Notes under the pieces: generated by a model
Seen by the model: only the letters and a program-made list of their open reading frames with translations
Database searches by the model: none
What the model was told of the DNA's origin: nothing
Program-made: the position numbers and the translations under genes
From: Chlorokybus atmophyticus
Lineage: Eukaryota > Plantae > Mesostigma and Chlorokybus algae
NCBI GenBank assembly: GCA_009103225.1
Contig: RHPI01000277.1
Location: 456,074 to 520,073, forward strand
DNA: 64,000 bases
Direction: 5' to 3'
In this document: piece by piece, positions 36,330 through 46,810 of the stretch
Layout: each line of letters begins with the position of its first letter
How positions within the stretch are numbered: position 1 is the stretch's first letter

Positions 36330-39300
36330 GCTGCTCTTGCCTCTGCTGCTGCTGCTGCTGCTGCACTTGCAGCATTGGGAGGGGTTTCGGGGCGACCTTC
36401 AGTTCCTCTAGTGTTTCCGGACAGGCCACCACAAGGAAGCGCAGAGAAGGATGCCATAGACCGTGGCCATCAAACTGCTGGAGGGACTCCAGGAGGTGCT
36501 GCTGAGGGTCAGCATGTCAGCGGTAATGAACCTGCTGGAGGTGATGAACCTGCTGGAGGTCGTGATGAACCTGCTGGAGGTGATCATCATGAACCTGCTG
36601 GAGGTGATCATCATGGAGACGGCAGTGGTGATGAACCCAGCGATCATGAAAGCAGCGATGATGACAGCAACGGTGACGGTGACGACGATGCTCGTAAGAA
36701 GTTGGAAGACGGTATCGCTGCTGCACGTTCAGGAGTCGCCAATGCCAGCAACATAGCCAAGTTGGTTGAAGGCTTTGTCCAGAACCTCCAACAGCAAGTG
36801 CCCCAACTTCAGGTAACCCTTGGCCAAAGTCAGCATTAGTCAGTCTATGGCTACTTGTGCGTCACAGGCCGCACTGTCCATTTCGGTCTATGACCCCGCT
36901 GTTTCGTGTTTGTGCTCTAACTTGGTGTTTCGATGCAGCAACACCTAGAAGAGGCGTCTACAAGCACCCAGGCCGTTGCATCCGCCAGCGCTGATGTCAA
37001 GCGCATCCATGCAGCGGAGTTATCAGCCGCTGTTGAAGCAGCAGCCAAGGCTAGCCAACAGCATGCAGAGTTGCTGCAACAGGAGAAGAAGGCCAGAGAG
37101 GAGGCCGGGGGGCGCATACAGAAGCTGGAGGTGGCTCTTGCAAAGCAGGAGAAGGAAAGAGAGGAGGCCGTGGGGCGCATACCACAGCTGCAGGCCGCTC
37201 TCGATGCAGCCAATGCTGAGCGACAAAGGCTGCAACAGCAGGATCAGGCCAGAGCGGAAGACAGCCAGCGCGTACAACAGCTACAACAAACTTTGCAAGA
37301 GCTGGGAGAAATCAATGCTCGGCGTTCAGAGCTGGCGAGGGAAGAAGCTGAACGTCTGTGCGGTGAACGCCCTGCCTTGAAAGAGCACCTCACCCGCTGC
37401 AAGCGCATTGAAGATGACGTCAAGGCCGCCTTTAACAGGATCAGCGAGTTGGATGAAGAGTTGGTGCTGGCCTTGCAGCGTGAGGATGCAGCGCAAGAGT
37501 TGGTTGCCACCACTGCTGACAGGGACCGCCTACGACAGCAGTTGGCGACAGCCGAGGAGGCCAGGAAAAAGCAGCAGAACCTTCTTGACCAGCTTCAGCA
37601 GCAGCCCTCCGCGCAAGCACAAAAGCTCCAAGCAGAGGTTGACGCCCTTAATGCAAGACTTCAGCGTCAGCAGTCACACCAAGACTCCATTCGGAAGCTG
37701 CAGGAAGACACGCTTCAGCACCAGTTGAGGTGGACCAATGCGGAGAGGCAACGCTTGGGAACAGAGAATGTGAGCCTACGGCAGGCGAGGAGTGTTGAAG
37801 GTATTACATGGGTGATGCTTGTATCCGGTCAGCTTGCCCTTCATACAGAAGTTGAGGGTCGAAGGTATGGGCTGAGCACGTGGACTCCGGACTTAGCAAG
37901 ATGGTCGAGCCAGGACGGACTCCGGACCAGATGCTGAGTAGAGCGTTGGGAGAAACCGCGTAGCTTTGTGGATACGTAAGCTTAGCAGGCGTGGCTTAGC
38001 TTGCTGGAAAGCTCTGGTTGTGAGCTAGACAGCGTAGCTTACAGAACAGCAATCGGCTGAGTATAGCGCACGCGGTGCTTGCCAATGTAGACGTGTGTAG
38101 AGACTGGCGGGGTATAAAGCCCTGACTTGTTGCAATGAAGAAAAGAGGTCACGATGTAGCATGTGTGCGGATGCTGTGGCGGCAGTAGCAGTCATGCTCT
38201 TGTGTTGATGTTGTTGGTGTGTCACTTGCACGTGTGTATGTCAACAAGGAGCAGCTTCAAAGGATCAGCAGCAGCACGCTTGGAGGAGATCCAGAGCCTG
38301 CAGGAGCGCCTGCGCGCAAAGCCGAGGAGGCCTCTCAACTCCAAATCCAGCTTCAGCAAATGGCCTCCCTCCAGCGGCAGGCGCGTGAGGAGGCGGACCG
38401 CCTACAAAAGGAAAATGCAAAACTGAGTGAGCGCCTGCGCCAAGCTGAGGAGGTCAGGAAGAAGCAGCAGGAGAGCGGCGGCCAGCAGCAGCAGGAGGCG
38501 TCCACTCAGCAGAAGGCGCTTGAGGAGGAGGACCGTCTACGACAGGACAATGCAAGCCTGACTGAGCGGCTGCGCCAAAGCGAGGAGGCCAGAAAGAAGC
38601 TAGAGGAGAGCAGCGGCCAGCAGCAGCAGCAGGAGTCCTCCGCTCAGCAGGTGCGTGAAGAGGCGGACCGCCTACGAGAGGAGAACTTGCAACTGAGTGA
38701 GCGCCTGCGCCAAGCCGAGGAGGCCAAGAAGAAGCTGCAGGCGAGCAGCCTACGGCAGGACAATGAGAGCCTGCGCGAGCGCCTGCGCACAGGCGAGGAG
38801 GCCAGGAGGAAGCTCCGTGCAGCAGTGCAGTCTCTCAATGAAAAACTCGGGAAGGCCTCTCAACAGGCGCAAGAGGCTGGGCGCAAGCTGCAAACAGAGG
38901 TTGAATCTTTGACTGCTGAGAAGAACCGCCTCGAAGCAAGAGTAGAGTCTCTTAACAAACAACTCAGCGGCTGGCCTCTCAAACGCAAGAGACTGGGGGC
39001 AAGCTGCAAGCAGAGGCAAGCAGGCAAGCAGACGCCCTGAATGCGGAGGTGAAACGCCTGCGTCAGGAAAATGCCAAACTCCAGAAGTCCAATAAGAAGC
39101 TTATCAAAGACGGCAAGCGACCAGCCACCATGGACGACCCGGAAATCCTGAAGGCGCAGGCGGACCTGGCTGAATTGGAAGAAAACGTTGCTCAAGCCAT
39201 GCAGCGTGTCAGTCATACAGAGAAGCTGCTCGAAGATACCCAGCAGAGGCTCGAGGAAACGCTTCAGATGCTGCAGACTGTAATGCCAGGTGGTGGAGCT

Positions 39301-40002
39301 GCTGACATTCCTTCCACGTCCGCACTACCGCCAGAAGCTGAACTGCAAGAGAAAATCATTGAACAGCAAAGGGAGAACAATCAACTTGATAGGCGGGTCA
39401 CGAACTTAGAAGATGACCTGGAGCTCGTTGAAAAACAGCAAATTCGCATGGAAGGCGTGCTGGTTGATGAGTGGATGCGGGTTGTGGTGGAGGACTTCCT
39501 GGCTGAAAGTCCCGGCGCGCGGGCACGTTCGTTGAGCGAAGGAGGAGCACAGACTACCCAGCGCATACAACAGTACTTGCAAGGTTGGCAACAGCTGATG
39601 GCTCCAGAGCTTGCGGTCTGCATACAAGCTCGCAATGCCTGGGCGCAGAGGAACAATCAAGCGACATGAGACACTTCGGACAGTGATCCTGCTGCACTGT
39701 GTGTTTTGATCAGAAACACAGCGCACCATTACCTCCGTGACATCAATCAACGGCGAGCGGAGAATGGGCTCCCTTTGTACGCCAACACTTTGGAGGCGTT
39801 TGGTGCTCTGCAGCCGGGCCTCACTCACTTTTTGCTTCTGCTTGATCAGAACATGGCGAACAGATCATATACACACCTCACTGCGGCACAACGGGAAGTT
39901 ATGCACCTGGGCCCACACTACACCAAAGCCATTTATCATAACCTGATCGGCTACTACTTGAGCAGACACTCACCACCACCACCGCCACCACCACCACCCT
40001 AG
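36330..40002 (+). pseudogene. Long coiled-coil cargo coding region with internal repeats (possibly the same gene as the SET exons)
   Basis: E/Q/K/R-rich frames 36933-37790, 38250-39040 and 39049-39669; repeat EEADRLxxENxxLSERLRQAEE about three times; frameshifts and a solo-LTR insertion. Confidence 0.7.
37793..38246 (+). mobile_element. Copia solo LTR (454 bp) related to the LTRs at 1-4810
   Basis: TGTTGA...TCAACA; AGGAG duplicated at 37788-37792 and 38247-38251; shared blocks CCGGACTTAGCAAGATGG, TGGAAAGCTCTGGTTGT, CGGCTGAGTATAGC, GTAGACGTGTG. Confidence 0.93.
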
Positions 40003-41084
40003 TATGGCCTATAGACTGAGTCAGTAGCACCCAGGTACCTACTTCAGGTTGCTTATAGTCCAGCTGCAGGCTGGGTTTATAGGCATCCATTCAGTGTACA
40101 TAGCCTGCAGAACAGATGTGCATAAGTGTATACAGTAATATATTGCCATTACATGTTCATTGCTTGCCCTGCTTGCTCGGCCATCACACATGCAGTCGCA
40201 TGCACACGCGCACAGTGCACATAGTTGTCTGCAAGGCGCAGTTATCCGAACTGGTCTATGATGCAGACACACGCACTTCACAAACACGTGAATGCAAGTG
40301 CAAACACACTCACTTGCTGCCTGCTGTCCTGGCTTCCAATACATGCGATGTTGGTTGAATTTCATTCGCCGTCCATCACTTCTACTTCTCTCAGTCCAAG
40401 CGCAGCTGCTTCTGCTGCTCCCTTGCCTTGGCCAGTCGAGCTTTGTTTTGGCTGAGAAAGGGTCCTCCACCTGGTCGCTCGCAGCTGTGTTAACCACCCA
40501 GACGCCTAGCCTCCTCCCCCCTGCCTTCTTCAGGTAGTCGACTACCATATGACCGTCGGACCGCACCTCTTTGACCACAACAACCCAAGGGGGTGGGTCA
40601 GCAGGATCTTCATCTGGGGGCTCATGCGGAAGTCTGAAGTCGAAAATGGACTTGCTGTTGTGCCGCATCTCCAGGACATCGCCCTTTTCTGGCCACACCG
40701 GCAAGGGGATGTCGGCTGCAGTGACTCTCAACTCTGTGCTGTCATAGTCGTACGCCAATTGATGATTTGCTACATCACGGTTGAGCAACACCCAGAGCTT
40801 GCGTTGCAACTGGTCTCCACCGATGAGCGTAAACTCATCTGCCAAACGCCCAATGCACTGTGCACCAGTGTCTCTGTCAATCAGGTCATTGCCCATGGCA
40901 TCACGCTTCTTGGTATAAGGCCGCACTTGCACATGGATAGTGGATTTCCGCCAATTGAACAGGTAGATCTCATCCACCCGGCATGGTGCGACAGTTGGGT
41001 CCGCCATCTTCACGTTATCAACGCCTCTGCGTCTGCAAATACCAAAGGCTTTACTCACTCACTTTGTATCAAGAGATGACAGTA

Positions 41085-41300
41085 GACAGTGCCTATGAGA
41101 CTCTAGTAGACACTGCCTATGAGACACCTGACAGTGCCTATGAGACTTTCGGGCAGAGCAATAGAATGCGTAATTCGTAGACACTGGACAGTGCCTATGA
41201 GACTTTCGGTCAGAGCAATAGATTACATAATTCGTAGACACTGGACAGTGCCTATGAGACTTTAGGTCAGAGCAATAGATTACATAATTCGTAGACTATA
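41085..41300. repeat. 57-bp intronic minisatellite (~4 copies)
   Basis: ACACTGGACAGTGCCTATGAGAC starts at 41181 and 41238 (period 57); further copies at ~42795-42880. Confidence 0.9.
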
Positions 41301-44254
41301 TCACACCTGTAGATGACCCCGTTACGCAGATACGCGCGAAACTTGCGTATGCCTCCGGGCAAGTTGCCAGTGATGTTCTCAACGCGCTTGATTTCCAAGG
41401 CCAAGGGTCCCTGAAGAGGGACAGGCTTCCTGGTGCTGCCAATAAGGATGCCCTTTTCTCTGATCAGTCGCGCATGCTCCAAGTCTGGGAATTTCTCAGC
41501 GAGGGTCCAGAGCTCCATGGCGTGCTTTTGAGTGCGCACTTCGTAATGACAGTCACTACATGCTCCACTCAGAGGCTGGTAAACCTGCTGAGAGTGCGCC
41601 ATTATATCATTAGCTCGGTGGCACAACAGCTTTCCAGTCCTCTGATCTTCTCGCATGACGTTGAGCGTCCTCAGAAACCATCTCCTTAGTGTACGCCGCA
41701 TGTAGCTGATCTCAAACTGCTTCCCATTGGTGAAGGTGTTGACATAGTTGGACACAGTGCGCTCTTGCACAAAACACCAGTACACATCATGACTCCCGTG
41801 CCAGATGATGTCCTCCAGAATGTGACCGGCACCGGCCACATGCTCGTTGGGCCTTTTGTTGGTGCCAAACAGGTCCTCCGAGTAGACCCTCCAATATTTC
41901 AAAAGAGCGTCAGCAAGTTCCAACAGCTCCGCAGTCCAGCCATGTAGGCGAGAGTTGTGGAAGAAGATGCGGATGAGCAAGTGAAGCGCAAAGCTGACGT
42001 CTCTGGTTGCTTCGTCTACCAGATCGGACACAGCGTATGGCACAGCATACTGCACGAACATCTGCAAGTCCTGGGCCTTGAACCAAGCCAGGTGCTTGCT
42101 GATGCCTCTTGGGAAACGTTTGCTCTTCAAGTCCATGGGGCGTGATATGCGCATCTGAGACAGCCTGCGCTCCACCTTGGCAATGTCTTCGACATGCTTT
42201 GAACTGTCTGCACCCAGCGTACTGTGCACGAAACTTTTGCAAAGCCCCTCCAGCAACAGGTGCATCGTGTCATAGACCAAGTCACGGCAAGGGTTAAACT
42301 CATACAGATGCCACAGCCGCCAGAGTGGAGATTTCCCTGTGATGCCGCACTCCATTGATTTTTCTTTCCGGTTTTGGCCATCGAGTGAGTCCACCATGCA
42401 CGCGTTGTCGAACGCATCCTTTGCTGCTCTCTCTGCTGGGGGATGGCGGCAGTAGTAGCGATTGTCACCATAAAAATGGTCTGTACGTGTCCTCGTAGTA
42501 TCTTCACCCTGCTCAGCACGCCGGGGCACTTGGTGCTGAGTGGCTTTGAGGAGACAACGCCGGCAGGGGACGAGGCCTCCATTCTTAAACTGGCCTATCT
42601 CACATTGCGCTGGCTGGTCACCCGTCCATGCCCACAGCACTACCCGCAGCGTTATCTCTTGACCTGCAATGAAGTCAACATCAGTATCTCACAACCAGTC
42701 TGATAGAGACTGTAATAGGCCGCACTGGGCAGTGCAGCCTATGACAGTCTCATAGACCGCAAGAAGGCAGATATGCTATAACCAAGTCGCAGCCACTGAA
42801 CAGTGCCTATGAGACTTTAGCATACACAAAAATGGATTGCATAAGTTGTAGACTCTGGACAGTGCCTATGAGACTTTGGGTGATATAGGTGACAAAACAT
42901 GTTATAACCCAGTCATTACCTGGTCGTCGATCAAGCACGCGGCTGTCGACATGATTGGAATCGAGGCCATAACGAACAGTGAAGCCGTTCAAGTAGAGGT
43001 TCTCCAGGTCACGCACCAGTGGTTCCAGAAAGGGCTCCAGACTGTCCACACTGTTTGGGAGCTGATCAGTGGGAACAAAGAGCAAAAGCATGACGGAAGA
43101 CTCTTGTGAGGAAATGCGCTTCTCGCCATTGAGCACAGAGGCACTGACAACGGTGCAGCTGTGCTTCACAGTGGTTGTTGAGCTGAAGCCGTCGGCGTGG
43201 ATTAGCAGGGCTATGTTGCGAGGGTCGCCAAGAGCTTGCTGTACCATCTGATGGTTGGTTTTGTGGCACCCTGAGCATTCAAATGTCACGTGATCGCCTG
43301 CGTTGTGATGCTCCAAATCGACATCCGGGATGTGGTGGCAGAATGCGCAGGACACAGGCAGCTTGATTTTGTGGCGAGGGTCCCAGAAGCTGCAGTGATG
43401 CTGCTTCTTCGCACCATGCCAGTACTCAGTGTTTGCAGCAGGTACTTGTTCCACAGGGACGTGCAATCACTCATCTTTGTGGCGCCATTCCTCCAGATAG
43501 TCGTGAGCGATTGAAGGGACAGCTAACTTGGCGCTGAGCCAGGCACCTATACGATTGTACAAGAAGTCGCAACATTCTTTGCGAACCCTGCCGCATCCCC
43601 CTCCGCACGGTGTGTTGCGAAGGCGATCAATCATTTTTTGCTTGGTCTCGCTCGTGTCCGAGTCTTCGTCATCTTCATTGAGTGTGGGATAAGGTGCATC
43701 AAACAAGTACTTGCATGTGGGACAGACGGTCAGGCGCTGAGGAACAGGCATGCCGAGCGCGGCCAACAGTTTATCCACGGCGGCAATGTCTGTCGGCAGC
43801 TCATCCGCGACAGGGCTGTGCGATATTGTGTCGCCTATGAGGCTGGCGATGTCATCCCGCAACTGCTCCTGTTCAAAAGGAACCTCCAAGGCCAGCTTGA
43901 CCACAGAATTTATCTGGCCAAACATGAGCTTCATAATCTCGTTGACGAGAGCAACCTGGACACCAGAATCTTCCAGGGCTGTCACAATCTTTAGGTAGAT
44001 ATGCAGCCACTTCTTCGTAGCAGACTCCGATGGTGGTTGGCTGGGCTCGAGAGGTTGACTATGGGGAATAGGTGGTGCCCACCTGCTTGCGGCAACTGCC
44101 AGGTCAAGTGCACGGTGCGCCCTTGCAACTGCTTCGTCCACCATCTATGATGACAGATCTTGGTTAGCACGCCAGCGATCAAAACCAATCCACATCACCA
44201 CGCTATCAAGAATCACAAGCAAGACACACGCGTGCATGGCTGTGTCATAGACCA

Positions 44255-44432
44255 GACTGGCACTGTCCAGTGCCTATGAGTCCTTAGGTCTCAGCAAAAG
44301 AATGCATAAGTCGTAAACACTGGACAGTGCCTATGAGACTTTAGGTCAGAGCAATGGAGTGCATGACTCGTAGACAGTGGACAGTGCCTATGAGACTTTC
44401 GGTCAGAGCAATAGATTGCATAACTCATAGAC
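44255..44432. repeat. 57-bp intronic minisatellite (~3 copies)
   Basis: Same unit as 41085-41300, in the transposase intron. Confidence 0.9.
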
Positions 44433-45339
44433 CGCACTTACCATGCCGCGGCATCCACTGGAACTGCAGTTGCAGATAACTTGACGATTCTGCTGCTGCT
44501 GCTGCTGCTGCTGCTGGCTCTCCACATGATCAGATGACTCGTCGGCGAATGAGCCACCTCCAGCTTCAGCAGCCGGTGACAGAGGGGAATGCGAAGTGGA
44601 TGGCTGGCCAGCGGTTGCAGGGGGGTGAGCAGCAGGCTGAGTTGCTGAAGCTGGCCTGCAGGGAGTCATATTAGGCGCTTAACAACTGCTGTCAAGAAAT
44701 CTGTGCTGGCTGTGTCGCAATGAGGCTTGAAAGCTAGCTAGTGGGGGCAAGGATGTTACCTGAGTGAGGGGTCTGCCTGCCCATCCACCTCCATGGGGGA
44801 CGCGTTGTCACCAGCGAGGCCGCTATCAGCCAAAAGTTGGGACACCTCAGCTTCTCTGCGGGCAAGAGCTTGCTCTCTTTGACTCAACTCCAAGTCCTTC
44901 TGACGTAGGAGACCTTGCGTTGCGTTGACAACCAACTTGGAACGCTGCTTCCGCTTGCGCAAAGCTGCAAGATTGACTGCAGGTAGCTTGAGTCCGATAG
45001 ACTGGTGGAGTCTTTCAGCAATATCAGCTGCTTTTCGGTCCGCCATGCTGGGTGCATGCGTAGTACCCACGAAACCAGCTGTTCCAAAGGTTTTCGCCAC
45101 CGCCGCCGCCGCCGCCGCCGCCGAGACTGCAGCGCAAGCCCAAAACCCTAGCAAATGGACAGGGGACCATGCATGCCCAGTGCCTGCTACTCGTTTAGCA
45201 TTGGCGCACGTGACCTTGGGAGCAACAGACCAGGTGAGATGTGTCGTATGCTTCCGACGTCATTCTTGCCGTTGGTTATCATTATATATTAATGATCCAA
45301 AAGAGCTGTTGAGTTGTTGAGTGCTGTTTCGGTTTCGGA

Positions 45340-45707
45340 ACCATGCATGGTCTATGAGGGCCGCTTGCAACCGTACCAGTGCAGCTTGGTCCCGCTTGTG
45401 AGGACATGATTGGTCCGTACAGTACATGCGTTCTGTACCAGTGCTGCCCTGGCTCATAGGCCGCAGGGCATGCGACCAGCCTTGGTCCTACTGCTCAGGC
45501 CGCGTGCTGACCAGTGCTGTACCGGTCTACAAGCCGCGGGACACGCCACCAGCCCTGGTCCGGTCATTCGGACCATATCGGCGGGCTCCGGGGCCGGACC
45601 ACCGGTGGTTCGATCATGCCGGACCAGTCGCGGCACTGGTACGCTACAACGTACCAGACGTGGTCTACGGGCTGCGTACGACTGGTCCGCGCGTAAAAAG
45701 CCCTGTG
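45340..45707. repeat. Right subterminal GGACCA/TGGTCC repeat array and TIR
   Basis: Dense ACCAG/CTGGT/TGGTCC motifs ending in AAAAAGCCCTGTG. Confidence 0.8.
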
Positions 45708-45710
45708 CCA

Positions 45711-46030
45711 CTCCCTGTTGCAGAAAGCGAGCCACCAAGCAGCTCTCTGTGTGAAGATGGTCTTTAATGGCTTGCCTGCTGGTTTGTCCAATGTTGGTGA
45801 TGCATGTTGGACAGCCCCATTGCTGATGCCTGCTATGATCCATGACGTGGCGACCGGTAGTAGCTGGCTTCGCTGCTTGAACTCTTACGACCACAACTTC
45901 TCGCAAGATGTGCCACGCCGCCGCCGCCACTGCCGCCTCCTCCGACTCCTGGTCCTCCGCCTCATAGTCGAACCAAGGCCCATCAAGCCTGACATTCGAC
46001 CCGTCATCGACCTGGTGCCCCTGCGTGCCA
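45711..46030 (-). pseudogene. 5' part of the OTU gene (C2H2-like CPTC...HLHTESC)
   Basis: Frame ...VARFLQQGV continues in frame into DQELQSLEPL... left of 29109 once the CACTA element and one CCA are removed. Confidence 0.75.
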
Positions 46031-46095
46031 TCATCCGGCCATCAATGAAGCGTTTTTGGGTGAGTGCACGATAACTCCCATTTGGGCTGATCGAG

Positions 46096-46260
46096 CAATG
46101 CCTCTGTCGTACCATGGATGGTACGACAGAGGCATTGTACGGCAATGGCTGGGGTTGGACGAGAGATGCCTCTGTCGTACCATAAATGTTACGACACAAC
46201 CATTGTTACCAATGGTTGTACGAAGCATGGATGGCACGAATGCATAAGTCGTACCATCAA
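46096..46260. repeat. 20-bp-arm hairpin plus further TCGTACCAT copies
   Basis: CAATGCCTCTGTCGTACCAT-gg-ATGGTACGACAGAGGCATTG at 46096-46137; partial copies to ~46260. Confidence 0.88.
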
Positions 46261-46810
46261 CCATAGGAGCAAGGACGCACTACAAGTGCGACTCTAGTGC
46301 GGGACTCTAGACGTTCAAAACCGCCTCATTTTCGTTTTCGCGCCTCGTACATTCGAGCGGGCCAACCGGCGGCGGCAGCGTTGGAGGCGGCAGTGCCACT
46401 ATCAGCTAACAGGCGGCACCCGACTATCAGTTGGAGAGATGCCTCGTGGTCCATCCGTAAGTGCACCTCGTCGTGGAGGTCGGAGCCAGTTGTCCACATT
46501 GCCCCCAGTGTTTAACCAGGCAACCGTCGCCAACCAATCGCAGCAAGACCCCGCGCTAACGCCCAGCACATCACGACAACTCCACCTGACACCGCAGTCG
46601 CAAGGGCAATCTAGACTGCATGCGTTCTTGATGCACTGTGCACGTTGCTTCTTGCCCAACTTCCAACTTGGATGCTTGCTTCTTTCATGACTAGCACAGT
46701 GACTCACTGCATGCGTTCTGGATACACTGTGCATGTTGTTCTTCTTTTGCAACTGTGGGGGTTGCATCTTTCATGGCTGGCAGCATGACTCATGTGGTTG
46801 TGCTTGCAGA

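Larger units (their letters stand above)
40039..45046 (-). pseudogene. CACTA/EnSpm (TnpD-like) transposase, multi-exon, one nonsense codon
   Basis: CPTC, GDPRNIALLIHADGF, LEPFLEPLVRDLENLYLNG, TGDQPAQ..CRRC, VYDTMH, PNEH, HG..WCFVQER. In-frame TGA at 43467-43469 (KDE*LHVP). Confidence 0.88.
29109..45707 (-). mobile_element. 16.6-kb CACTA/EnSpm-superfamily DNA transposon with cargo genes
   Basis: Termini CACACGG.../...CCCTGTG; 26-bp imperfect TIR (19/26); CCA at both 29106-29108 and 45708-45710; subterminal GGACCA/TGGTCC arrays; internal transposase; removal restores the flanking reading frame. Confidence 0.92.

Noticed and set aside
41085-41300. 57-bp repeats as a CRISPR array
   Set aside because: Contiguous tandem units without unique spacers, no cas genes, eukaryotic introns.
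43467-43469. Programmed readthrough or an alternative genetic code to explain the in-frame stops
   Set aside because: All three stop types occur alongside frameshifts, and host genes terminate on standard stops; decay is the simpler explanation.
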